The notes: generated by a model from the letters alone, not told the origin. Positions 12,482 through 31,163 are shown, numbered from the stretch's first letter. The stretch is DNA of 64,000 nt from Piromyces finnis finn (GCA_002104945.1 MCFH01000065.1:1-64000); one strand, 5' to 3'. Program-made: numbers and translations.

Positions 12482-12868
12482 TTAATCACCAATTTGTGTT
12501 TCACTCCATGGATCATCATTTGGATCCACAATGTGAGTATCTGTTACAACTTGTAATGTTTCTTCATCAGTTGGTGTCCATCTTTGATAATGTTTAACAA
12601 GAGTATATTTAGTCTTAGGGTCTATTCTATAGTGTTTTTGTTCATAAAACGTTTTAATCATTAAACGACCACTTAAAGTACATACTTTATTAGATGGTTG
12701 AACAACAGTACCATCAGTTATAGTGGAACTTTCTGTATCACCACTAACCTGTCCCCAAAATTTAAATAAAGAACCACAAGTAAAACCTGGAATACCTGCT
12801 TGAGTCATAGTATTTCCAGTAGTCTTAAAATGTTTTTTATACTTCCATGCCCAATAACCTCTTTTAAC
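12482..12868 (-). CDS. C-terminal part of a putative capsid or second viral ORF
   Basis: The frame is open from VKRGYWAWKYKKHFKTTGNTMTQAGIPGF to PWSETQIGD* and converges on Rep. The capsid identity is inferred from position only. Confidence 0.5.
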   Translation of the reverse strand, partial: VKRGYWAWKYKKHFKTTGNTMTQAGIPGFTCGSLFKFWGQVSGDTESSTITDGTVVQPSNKVCTLSGRLMIKTFYEQKHYRIDPKTKYTLVKHYQRWTPTDEETLQVVTDTHIVDPNDDPWSETQIGD

Positions 12869-13314
12869 CGATACAGATAATGAAAATTCGGAAACAATTA
12901 TTAATAAAGCAAAAGAAATGGCTTTAAATACTAGAGATGAAAAATTAAAAAATAAGATTGTTAAACAAATGAATAATTATGTTGATTTTCACAAAAAATG
13001 AAGTTATAAAGGTTTCAGGCAAAGTTTCTGATGATGTATTCAAGACTATATATGATCATTCATTAGCATATAATAAAATTAGCATGGACGCATTAAAAGC
13101 TATAGAATTTAAAGGTTCTTATGGAAATAATGATTATAACAACAATGATGTTAATAAATTAGAGAATGCTATGAAGTACAATAAGAATTCTAATCAAAAT
13201 AATTTAAGTAATAATAAAATTCGCAATGATTTACCAAAATCATCATCCATTAATAAGGGTACAACAACTATAACTGGAAATAAAAATACAAAATATATAA
13301 AATTTTTATATTAA
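12869..13314 (+). pseudogene. Frameshifted 3' fragment of an unidentified gene fused to the right end of the viral insert
   Basis: DTDNENSETIINKAKEMALNTRDEKLKNKIVKQMNNYVDFH continues in another frame as FTKNEVIKVSGKVSDDVFKTIYDHSLAY...; no 5' part is present. Confidence 0.4.
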
Positions 13315-13326
13315 AATATTAACATT

Positions 13327-13472
13327 AAAATAAATAAATAAATAAATGAAATAAATAAATAAATAAATAAATAAAATAAATAAATAAATAAATGAAATAA
13401 ATAAATAAATAAATAAATAAAATAAATAAATAAATAAATAAATAAATAAAATAAATAAATAAATAAATAAAT
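13327..13472 (+). repeat. (AAAT)n microsatellite
   Basis: Long, slightly impure AAAT/AAAAT array. Confidence 0.95.
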
Positions 13473-13649
13473 AATAGTGATAAATAGGTCAGATTATATA
13501 AAAATGTAATTATTGGAAATAATTCCAAAAATTATATTTTTTTAAAACAATATTCTAAATCTATATATATATATATTTTAAAAAAAAATTACATATTTAT
13601 AAAATGATTTATAGTCCCTTTTATTTTTAATTTATTAAAAAATTAAATA

Positions 13650-15311
13650 ATGTTAAAATATTTATTTTTTATTATTAACATTTTAGTGTTATATGTAATA
13701 CACTTAATAATGTAAAACTACCGGATACTGACCGAGAATTTTGTATATATACTAAAAATAATATGTATAAAATGGTTAATCCATTTTATATTAATTCTCA
13801 AAATGAAACAGTTTATTTTGATAATATAGAAAATTTGGACCTGAATGGGTCGGTGTCGGTGTGTGTGGAGAAGATAAAATTGTTAATAATATGGGTGAAT
13901 ATTTTACTGTTGTTAAATCTGATAAATTGAATAAAAGATCCGATGACAATGAAACAAAACTAGACTCTGATAATAATAATGACATAAAATCTGACTCTAC
14001 TACTGCCAATGATAAAGTAGATGAAAAATTGATAGATAAAGAAAATGAAGGTATATTTAGACATCGTACTTTAGAAGAATACAAAGAATATTATAAGAAT
14101 TTATTAGATAAATTGATAAAAGATAGAACAAATAGTGTTTCTTTAACTAGTAAAAATCCAGCTTATAATCCTTATCATCCTTTATTAATTCATGCTGAAA
14201 ATACTATGGGACCTAATGTTATTACAATATTAGGTGCTCCTTACAAAGAAAAGAAATTGAATAATTTTGAATTGCAAAATGATGAAGATAATGACTTTAG
14301 AGATTGTAATATTTCGGTTAATAATATGGATAAATCTAATATGACATGTGCTGTTGCATATACTCATAATATTCAAAATACAATAACCATCTCTAGTAGT
14401 AAAGGTACAGCATACCATCAAGATTTCGGATATTCTTATGGTGAAGGAGATGCCATTACTGATGAAATTGGATCGTCATTAGAATTGGCAAGAGCTCTAG
14501 CAAGGGGTAGTTCAGTTTCATATTCCAAATCCGAAGGAGGTTCTGTTGCTCTTGAAAATGTTCATACTGTAGTTAATACAGAGTCTAGTTCTAATACCAA
14601 CTCATATGATTATACTCACACTACGACTCATGATGAATCTTATACTTTTACCGTAAGTGAAGAAAATTCACACTCAAGATCAGATGGTGGTGAAATAGTA
14701 GATGAATCTAATTGGACTTCATATAACGAAACTTCCAGAACAAATGAGTATACAAGAATGGAATTAGATGATTATAATAAAGCACTTCAAAGTGTAAACG
14801 CTGATAAAAGTAAAAAAACAAGAAACTAAGACTGCTTCGAATGTGTTAAATTCTTTAATTGAACTAATTCCAAAATCTTCTATAAATAAAAGATCTGAAG
14901 ATACAACTAAAGATAGCATAACTAACCAAATTGGTAGAATCGAAAAGCGAACAGGAAAAGCACCAGGAGGAAATAAAGTAGGAAATAAAGTGGGAAATAA
15001 TGGAGATAATGGAAATGTCGGTACAAGTGTACAAATAGGAAATTCTGGTGGTTTTAAAAAACAGACTTTCAAAATTTGTATAAGGATGTAAGACAGGTGG
15101 CTCTCTCGGTTCTTCGTTGGGTTCTTTTACAGGTATTCTCGGTTTTATTGGTGGTGGAGCTATTAGTTGCCTTGGAGGAGGAATAGCAGAACTTGCAAAA
15201 GGTGCATCTCAAGCACACTCAGCAGAAGAAGTAAATAAGATAGCTGAAAGACAATTGAATCAAGAAGATAATGTCAATGATAATACCAATCTTTTTTTAT
15301 ATGTAAATTAA
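13650..15311 (+). pseudogene. Multi-frameshifted secreted-protein pseudogene with KR sites, Ser/Thr-rich beta-type region and Gly-rich hydrophobic segment
   Basis: Signal-like MLKYLFFIINILVLYVI at 13650, then consecutive ORF pieces in different frames (13861, 14843, 15117). Contains LNKR, INKR and IEKR, alternating S/T-x segments, and GILGFIGGGAISCLGGGIA. Confidence 0.55.
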
Positions 15312-16944
15312 CCTGAAATATTTTTTATATATACTTAAAATTAATACATATTTATAATTATCTTAAATCATTTTATTATTATTAATAATGGTATTTAATT
15401 TTTTTTTTAAAAAAAAAATATTTCTTTTAATTATAAAGCATTTTTTTTTTATTTTTTGTAATTTATCTATAGTTCTTTATATTATTATTAATATTATTAT
15501 ATATATATTTTTAAAGTATATTGTATTAAATTGTTTTTAAAATAATAGATAATTAAATAATTTTTTTTTACTTTACACATATTAATAAATGGAATAAAAT
15601 CTATAATCTATTATAGAGAAAAGTAATTTAATAAAAATTCGTTTTGATTTCTATTACACAATTCTACTTTAAAAAGGATAGTTAATTTTCTTCTCTTTCA
15701 ATACTTTTTATTTGGTAATAATTTTAAATGACAACAAACACAATCATAGTAAAAGTCCACTTTATTGGCGCAGTAAATTATTTTTTATTTAAGCCTCATT
15801 ATATTTAATCCCAATGATTCATGCTTTTTAATTTATTTTATGTTATAATAATTGAATTTTATTAATAATTAAAGTTTCCTCTTCATAATTTTATGTGATC
15901 CAAAAAAATAAAATTTTTAAATTAATTAGTCAAAAGTTAAGTTTTATCATTTACTTTTAAATAAAATATTAATGGATATTTATGAGCAATAATGGAGTAT
16001 GGATGAATATTTTAAATAGTAGTATATACTTGAATAGTATCAATTAGTATTTAATCATAATAATGAACATTAATGAATACTTAAATGTATTATTAACTAT
16101 TAATTCGTATTAAAATATAATTATTTTATTAATTATTATTAGTAGAGTATTAAATATAAAAAATTTATTATTAACTCTTACTATAGGTATTATTATTAAT
16201 TATTAAATAGTATTAAATAGTAATTAATAGTATTAAATACTATGTTTTATTAATTATGAATTAATATAAACTATTATCAATTATGAATTTTTAGTAAATG
16301 ATAAATGATATTATGAAGTATTATCATTATTTATTATTATTAAGCTATTTTATTATTTTATTATTATTATTTCTTTTTTTTTTTTTTTTTTATTATGCTC
16401 CTAAAAAAAGATAATTATGAAAATTTTATAAACTATAATCTTTTTTTTTTACTTTATATTAATAATTATCAAATATGTATTATATATAGTTAATCATTAG
16501 GATATGAATTCTTTTTCATAACATAAATAATGTAAAAACTTTAATATTTAGTAAAGAATGAATTTTTAAAATATAAATAGATACTAAATGTTAATAATGA
16601 TGTTAATAGATTCCAATTATTAAAGTCGTTAATGTATGATGAAATTTATGGTATCAAAATAACAAATAAAATATAAAAATTAAATATCGAGTAAAAAGAA
16701 AAGAAAAATAAAAAAGAATAAATATATTGGTAAATGTTTAAATTATAAAATATGAATATAAAATAATTTCTGAAAGTTTTAATCGATGTTGCTTGATGAT
16801 GATGATGATGATGATTTAAAATATATATATATATATATAATAAAAATAAAAAATAGGATTAAAAAATTTAAGTAAAATAAAATTGAAAAAAAAAAAAAGT
16901 TTTCTTTTTCTTAAAAATTATAATTATGATGCTAACGATGAGAA

Positions 16945-18086
16945 TTATTTTTTAATTTTTGTTTTAGTGATTGGCATTACACCAAGATATGGTGAAGTAT
17001 TGTATGGTTTAGTAAGAGTTGGCACCATATTAACACCAGGAGAACCATAATATGGATTTTGATTATAAGCTGCATAATATGGATTTGCAACTTGAGCTGC
17101 GGCAGCATTATACATTTGTTGATAATATAATTGTGAATTTATGGTGCTACCACCAACATGATTAAGGTATGGAGAGGGTGGTGCAGCAATAACTGTAGGT
17201 ACATTCACTTGACTTTGTTCTACCTTCTTTTTTCCAGTTTTATTTTTACCCGACTTCTTCTTACTACTATTACTTTGAGTAGAATGAATAGAAGCAGTTT
17301 CAATGGAAGCCATAGATATTGGAGTGGGTGGAATGGAAGGATCAATTCTTGAAGCAATCTTGGCAGTGGCATTAACCTTTTTAGGACGACGAGGCTTTTC
17401 ACCATCAAAATTTAATAATGGAGAGGGTAAATTAGTCTTTTTTTGTTTTTCTTTAATGATAGGTGAAGAAGTCACGGATGTTTTTGAACTTTCAATCTTT
17501 ATTGATGCAAGATCAACAGACGTATCTTCATATAAGTCATTTTTAGAATATATTTTGGCTGTATTTCCATGAGATTTTTTACCATGCTTACTGATTTCTT
17601 CTTTAACTTCCTTTTGTGGATTAATAACTTTCTTAACTGTTGCTGCTGTGGAAGAGGTGTCACTTTCATCCTGACTATTTTTTTTGTGTTTGGTATTTTG
17701 ACTATGCTCATAAAGATATTTTCTTTTTTTGTTTTCTTCAATTGCTTTGGCACTATTTCTACCAATACACCAACACCACAAACAAAAGAAAATAAATATA
17801 AATGGTATACTAACAACAGTAATAAATATCCAAAGATTAATACCAAGAATAGTTATAGTTTCTTTTGAGGAACCTTTTTCAAAGTCATAATATTCATCTA
17901 TTAATTAAAATTTAAAAAAGTTTTTTTTTCTATTAGTTTAAATAAATGACATTAACTATTTGACTATATAGTTTTTTTTTTAATATTAATTTGACTATAA
18001 AAATTTTTTTAATACATACTTTGTGGAAGTGCAGCTATACTTTCAAAAATGCAAAAAAATAAAAACAACCTTGATGTATTTTTCAT
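16945..18086 (-). CDS. Type I membrane protein with tiny ectodomain, TM with CLWCWC, and long Lys/Ser/Pro/Tyr-rich tail; exons 18086-18020 and 17897-16945
   Basis: The GTATGT...TAG intron joins signal peptide MKNTSRLFLFFCIFESIAALPQ in frame to NEYYDFEKGSSKETITILGINLWIFITVVSIPFIFIFFCLWCWC. Confidence 0.8.
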
Positions 18087-18397
18087 TTCTGAGTTTTTTT
18101 TAATATTAAAATTCTTATTGCTTATATTATTGTACTATGTACTACTGTAGAGTAGATACTATTTTATTATATTGTATTTTATATTTTATTTTATTATACT
18201 TTATATTTTATTCGAAAATTTGACTTTTTATTTCAATACAACTGTTTAACAACAAATGGCAAAAAGTTATTGTTAACAATTATATATATATATTTATTTT
18301 TTTTAATATATAAAAAAAAAAAGAATAAAGGTAGTTGATTAAAGGTGTAAAATGACAATGAAATTTATATTTTTTTTATACTATTAAAATATATATT

Positions 18398-18432
<35 letters not shown>

Positions 18433-19607
18433 TCATATATTGTTATTATTATTTTTATTATTTCAATTTTTTATTAGATATATTCTTTTTTTTTTCTTCT
18501 AATATGGTATATTATGCATTTACTATTGCTTTACTATTGCTTTACTATTCATGGTTATGGATAGTTTTCTTTTTTTTCAATGTTACAATTCTTTTTTTTT
18601 TTTCAAGAAAGCTTTTAACATTCAGTTTTATTTTAAAATAAAATTAAATATTTCTTCTTTCTTCAACAACATTCATACTTTTTTATTGCTTGCTGCTGCT
18701 TGCGGTTGCTTACGGTTGCTTGCTGTTGCTGCTGCTCAACCTTTAGAAATTGAACTTTTTTTAAAAGTAAAAAAGTAAAATAAAATAAAAAAATTTATTT
18801 TAATCTCTTTTTATTTATCTTTTTAATTAAATCTTTTTTTTTTAATTTTATTAATGATTAAAAAATTTCATTTAAAGTTTATTATAATAAATAACATTTT
18901 TATTGATTCCACATAATCACCAATATATTGGATTGTATTTAAATATATATATAATTTAGTTTAATAGCCAATTTTTTAGTCTATTTTTTATAGTTTCAAT
19001 TGAATTATACTTTGCAATATATTATAATATATTGGATACTTTATTTTTATAATAAATAAAGTTGAAAAACATTCCATTGATAATAAATAAATAATATATA
19101 AAATGGTACAAATATAAATTTAAGTGTAAATATATTATAATATAAACATAATATATTGTTTACATTTAGTTTAATGTAAATTAATGTAATGTATTTGGTG
19201 GGCATCTTTAATAAAAAGGCAAACATGAAGCAAGAGGAAGCAAAACAAAGAAAAATAAATTATTTATTATTTCTTTATTATTTCATTGCTATTTCTTTCT
19301 TATTTCATTGTTACGATGATGGTCTGTTTAGTCCAAATGTAAATAAATATTGATATTACGGTTACATTGAAAGATGAATAAAGGAATGTTATGGTTACAT
19401 TTTAAAAGTAGACTTTGTTCATGATTTAAACTTTTTAAAATTTAATTAATATTTCAATTGAATAATATATTGCAATATATTTTGTAATATATTATCTAAT
19501 CCAATGAAATAGAGTTTAAATTTGAAAGGATTAAACTTATGATGGGGAACGCTTTTTTCAAAAGAAAAATGGAACAAAAACTCAATTGAATATGAAAGGA
19601 AAAAAGA

Positions 19608-19624
19608 TAATAATAATAATAATA

Positions 19625-19668
<44 letters not shown>

Positions 19669-19706
19669 GTGATAATAATAATAATAATATAATAATAATA
19701 ATAATA

Positions 19707-19744
<38 letters not shown>

Positions 19745-19775
19745 GTGATGGTGATGATGATGATAATGATGATAA
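19608..19775 (+). repeat. (AAT)n/(GAT)n microsatellite
   Basis: Long tandem AAT run. Confidence 0.95.
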
Positions 19776-20665
19776 CAAAAAAAGTTGATTAGAATAAATA
19801 AAAGAAAAAATATTATGACTTTTCTTGATTTGACAAATTTCATTATAATATTAAAAAAAGATAAAAAGGAATGACAATATTTACAGATACTTAAACTTTA
19901 AATAATAATAATCATAACAATAAAATTCCTTTTTAGAATTTATTGGTTATTTATAAGGATAATAGTAAAGGGGAAAGGAATGGTTTTTAAAGAAATATAT
20001 AAAATATCAAATGGCTATTATTAGTATAGTCTTGGAATAATATTACTTCTTGGTGATAAAGAGTTTTATTTCATCGGAATAAAAATAAAAAAAAAACTTT
20101 GGATATCTATAGAGAATAGGTAAAGAGGAAAGAAGAGAAATGATGTAAAAATTAAAAAAGAAAATATTTACTATAAAAAATGCTATTAACTTTAAATTGG
20201 ATATATTGAAATAAAGTTATACATGGATACTTTATATTCATTTCATATATTAAAGGAATAATAATAATAGACTGTGAGTAAATATATATCTACCAAATAT
20301 GTTTTTATTAATATTTTGTAAATAATAGTTTTATTTTTTTTATATCATAGATAGGTCTTAATAATGTTAAGAACTTGAACTTGTATACAATAGGCAAACA
20401 ATGAATACATTAGTTTTAATAGGTGTCAATACCATATCAATATTTATTAAAAACTATTTTTTTTTTATAAAAAAAATAATAATCCTTGGTATACATATTT
20501 AGTTTACCTTTTTGTAAAGTTTTATTTTAAAAAGGCAAAAAAAAAAAAAAGTTTCAACTATTTAGAATATTCTTTTGGTAGTTAAAGCTTTAATCATTTT
20601 TGTGACACCCTAAGGATGAAAAAAGAATTTCTTTTATTTATTATTAATATATCTTGAAAATTTTT

Positions 20666-20705
<40 letters not shown>

Positions 20706-21016
20706 CTAGCTATAACAAAAAAAAATAAATAATGAGTCTATTTCATTTTTGCACAGACGATTCATCCCTCCTTTTCACATTTCAAAAATTAAGACTATTG
20801 TAAATATTTCAAATGTTTCATTGCTATTGAAAAACATAGCATTCGTACTTTTTTATAACAAATAACCCCTTTGATTTCATAAAGAGAAATAGGGAAATGT
20901 ATAAAGATTTAATTTTATTTAATTTTGGTGTATTATATAAATAATATATTTTATTTATTTATTTTTTAATTCAAAAAATTTTAATTATAAATACTTTAAG
21001 AAAACATCATTTTCTT

Positions 21017-21122
21017 CAAACAAACAAACAAACAAACAAACAAACAAACAAACAAACAAACAAACAAACAAACAAACAAACAAACAAACAAACAAACAAA
21101 CAAACAAACAACAACAACAACA
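21017..21122 (+). repeat. (AAAC)n microsatellite
   Basis: More than 20 tandem AAAC units grading into AAC. Confidence 0.95.
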
Positions 21123-22030
21123 AAAAAAAAAAAAAAAAAAAAATAGATGTTTTTTTAATATATAATTACATTTTTAAATGATAAATTATTATTGATGAAT
21201 AATATATTTCCAAAATCCATTAAAAATTTATGTAAATATATACAACAAATAATTTTTTATTTATTTATTTTTTTTTTTCGTATAAACTATATTGTTTATG
21301 TTTATTAAAAGGAAATTGTTGATTATTATTTTTTAACACACACACGCATGTGATATATATTTTCTGTACATTTATAAATCTTGTAGAGTTAATAGATTGA
21401 TCATTTATACATTTTTTATGTTAAGGAATTTAATAACATATAAATTTTTATTCTATTTTTTTATTTCGCATTATTTATTTATTTTTATTTCTTTTCTTTC
21501 TTTTTTTTTTTAATTATATATGAAATGGTAAATACTTAAAAAAAAAAAAAAGTGCTTATTTGACTTAAAAGTTTACAAGAAGTTGCTTATACGCCTTTTA
21601 ATTTTTCATTCTATTTTATGAATACACTTTGGTAGTGATTGGCTTATTTAGAGAGTCATAAGCCACAATATTTATACCTTTGAAATTCAAAATTTACTAT
21701 CATCCAGTTGTTTATTCATTAATCCATTCCTATTTTGTTTAATTCATATTTGAATAGGCTACTTTTTTTCACATACCATATTATTTTAATATTTCATTAT
21801 ATATATATATATTAGGTTCAAAGGAATAGAATAAAATAGGCAATAAAATATATACATATTAGCACTTTAATATTTATTATAAATATTATTATTTTAATAA
21901 ATAGTTAAAATCAAATTTTTATCACTACATTTTATTTTTTTTTTTTTAAAAAAAAATAGTTTATTATTCTATTATCCATTAAATTTTGTTTGAAATTTTT
22001 ATATTAAAAGTTTATAATAAATAAATAAAA

Positions 22031-28191
<6,161 letters not shown>

Positions 28192-29343
28192 ATAACAACA
28201 TTCCATTTAAATATTTTATCCCTATGGATCTCATCATTAGTCAGAATGAAGACATTTTAATAGTTTTCATTTTTTTTAAAAAAAAAAAATAACAAAAGTC
28301 ATAACTATCTTTAACAAGTTTTAAAAAAAAAAAAGGTATCTCCATTATTATCAATATAGTATATTTGAAACTTTGGAATTATCCTTTTTCTAAAAGGTAA
28401 TATATATAATAAATAAGAAAAATAATTCATCAAAAAAAAAAAAAAAAAAAAAAAAAAACATTTTTATTTTATTAAAGATAATATACTTTAAAAAATTATA
28501 AGTCTTTTATTATTATATGTATTATTTTTTTTTCATTCTATGTTTTCTTTTTTTATTGAAAATCTATTATATACCTCTTTTTTTTTATATATATACACTA
28601 ACAAAGTTTTTATTAATTCAATTTTTTTTTTATATGAAATTTTATATAATTAAAAAATAATAAAGAATTTTATTTTATATTAAATTTTTTTTTATTATAA
28701 TTTTCTTATTAATAAGAAAAAAATATTTTTTCTTTCATTTTAAAATTCATAAAGAATCAAGATTTTTCAATTTAAATTATTTTATTATTATAAATATTAA
28801 AACAAAAACAGAAAAAAAAAAAAAAAACTTGACAAAAGGAATAATGGAAAAATGTTTTTACGAAATATTTGAATGTAAAATCAATATTTATTAAAAATTA
28901 TTATTATTTTAATAAAGAAGAATTTATAAATTATTCAATTGAAATTGTATCTTTTTTTTTTTAATGATTTAATAATAATTAGAGTAATAATTGAATAAAT
29001 GAATGATAAAAAAAGAAAAAGAAAAACTAAATATATATTGATAAATATTTTACAAAATTTATTTTTATTTTAATTTTAAATAACTGTATATATTTAGATA
29101 TTTTTCGTCTAATTAAAAAAAAAAAAAAATTAAAATTTTAATTTACTTTTCAATAACAACAGCAGAAATAAATAAATAAATAATAAAAAGAAATTGAAAT
29201 TGAGAATGAAAATGAAAATGAAATTATGAAAAATGAAATTTCAATTTTTAATTACTTTTTTTTTTTTGTAAATCTTTCTATTATAATAATGATGATGATA
29301 AAGGTATTTACTACTTTAATGGAATTTTTCTTTATAATTATAT

Positions 29344-29757
29344 TTATTGAAAAATAATATCTTTATGATGTTCAATTACCCTTAAAATATGTTCCATATT
29401 ACAATTGCCTGCAAAACGATCAGAATCACAAAAATTTTCTGTTCTATCTACCCATAATAATTTATTTACTTCTTCAACCAAAATGACATCTTTTTTAAGT
29501 TTACCAGAATAAACTTCAAGTTCTAAATTTGACATATAATAATTTAAATCTAATACGCGTGTAAGGTGTATATCTTCTTTGGAAATTCCGGTTTCTTCAA
29601 CTAATTCACGATAGGCAGCCTCATCTTCCGTTTCGTCGGGTTCTACTTTTCCTCCAACAAAATTTAATTTTCCTTTAAACGGATCCTTTGCTCGTTCACA
29701 TACAAGTATTTTTTTTTCAGTTTTATCAAAAATAACAATAATATTATACTTTTTCAT
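29344..29757 (-). CDS. Nudix (MutT-like) hydrolase, intronless, bacterial-like
   Basis: Complete Nudix box GGKVEPDETEDEAAYRELVEETGI (GX5EX7REUXEEXGU); 137 aa; single exon. Confidence 0.9.
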   Translation of the reverse strand: MKKYNIIVIFDKTEKKILVCERAKDPFKGKLNFVGGKVEPDETEDEAAYRELVEETGISKEDIHLTRVLDLNYYMSNLELEVYSGKLKKDVILVEEVNKLLWVDRTENFCDSDRFAGNCNMEHILRVIEHHKDIIFQ

Positions 29758-29772
29758 TTCTCCTTCTCCTCG
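29758..29772 (-). promoter_or_regulatory. Shine-Dalgarno-like sequence upstream of the Nudix ATG
   Basis: The minus strand reads CGAGGAGAAGGAGAA-ATG: GAGGAG lies 8 nt before the ATG, directly downstream of a poly-A tract. Confidence 0.45.
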
Positions 29773-30072
29773 TTTTTTTTTTTTTTTTTTTTTAAAAAAT
29801 TTAATGTTTGATTTTTTTTATTTTATTGTTACCTTTTATTTAGTTCTTTACAACTCTTTTTTTTTTTTTTTTTTTACATTTATAAAATACAAAAATTCAT
29901 TAATTACATTTTTAATGTATACAAAAAATTTTTTTTATTTTAAATTTTTAAATAGTATATATATATTTAAAGTAATAAAATAGTACATTGTTAAAAAAAA
30001 AGTATACAATTTTTATAAAAAAAATAAAGAGAAATATTAACATAAAAATAACAAATTATTAATAATAAATAA

Positions 30073-31163
30073 TGTTGTTACTGTTAGAATTCTAGGTTTT
30101 TTAATATTTACTTTATTATGGTAAATTAATTACTTTTTCATTACAAAGATTTTAATTAACAATTACAAGTAGGTATTTATATACTAAAATTTATGGCTTA
30201 TGCTCTAATACATACATTATTAATACATTACATTATATTAAATACCTTTTACTAATGAATAAAGTTTATAATAAAATTTGATATTTTCCAACATTCCCTT
30301 TCAAATTTGATTTCATTTGGAATTCAATGTTTGGAAGTTTTGTTTTAAAATAAGATAAAGTTAAGTAAAATAAAATAAAATAAAAAAATAAAATAAAATA
30401 AAATAAAAAATAAAAAATAAAATAAAATAAAATAAAACTCCTTTTTTTTCATATTATTGTGAATGTATAAAAGTAATAAAGTAAATAATTGTTTTATATA
30501 ATTTATTGTTTTATAAAAATTTTATCTGTAAAATTTCTAATTTTTGTGGGGTTTAAGTCCTTTGTGAGTGCATCCGCCAACATTTCATTTGTGTTCTTGT
30601 ATTCTAGCTTTATTCTTTTGTTTGTGATATTATCCTTATTGAAATAATATTTTATTGAAATATATTTGAGTTTTGGGTTGGCCTCTCCATTTTTAATAAT
30701 TGCTTTGCTTGGTTTGTTGTCCGTAAATATCGTAATAATTATTTTTTGGTTGAATCATTCTTTTATTAGATTTCTTATCCATAAAGCCTTTTTTACACAT
30801 TTTGAGGTGCTAATGTATTCTGCTTCTGCAGTTGATGTAGTGACTATGGATTGTTTCTTTGAAAACAAGCAGATTGGAGAGTTCCCCATAAGTATTATGT
30901 GACCAGATGTTGATTTTCTGTCTTTAGTGTCCCCCACAAAATCTGCATCTGTATAGGCTATAATAAAACCCTTGCCGTCGTATTTCAGTTTGTAATGGAT
31001 GGTGTTGTGTAAATACTTATGAATAATAAGGACACAGTGCCAGTCTGATACAGTGGGATTTTTGCAAGATCTATCAGCTTTATGTACTGCAAAAGAAATA
31101 TTCGGTCTAGTGCATTATGCAAAGATATATAAGAGAGCCTAATGCACTTTTATACATTGTGGC
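30073..31163 (-). mobile_element. Ty1/copia 3' remnant: RT end, RNase H and 3' LTR (30073-30293)
   Basis: SALGSLIYL..TRPNISFAV, YTDADFVGDTKDRKSTSGH, SKKQSIVTTSTAEAEY and MLADALTK, with internal stops. LTR has TGTTG...CAACA ends and is preceded by purine tract AAGGGAA. Confidence 0.85.

Larger units (their letters stand above)
11428..12868. mobile_element. Endogenous CRESS-DNA (ssDNA) virus fragment: Rep plus convergent partial ORF
   Basis: Ambisense convergent layout with a short AT-rich spacer (12405-12481) carrying AATAAA on both strands. Both ends join abruptly to unrelated sequence. Confidence 0.85.

Noticed and set aside
13325-13528. 67-aa YLFI-repeat ORF
   Set aside because: Translation of the (AAAT)n microsatellite.
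18690-18745. GC-rich GCTTGC/GGTTGC run in an AT-rich intergenic region
   Set aside because: A simple degenerate minisatellite; the overlapping 75-aa ORF lacks coding features.
19446-19843. Poly-Ile/Leu/Tyr ORFs
   Set aside because: Translations of the (AAT)n microsatellite.
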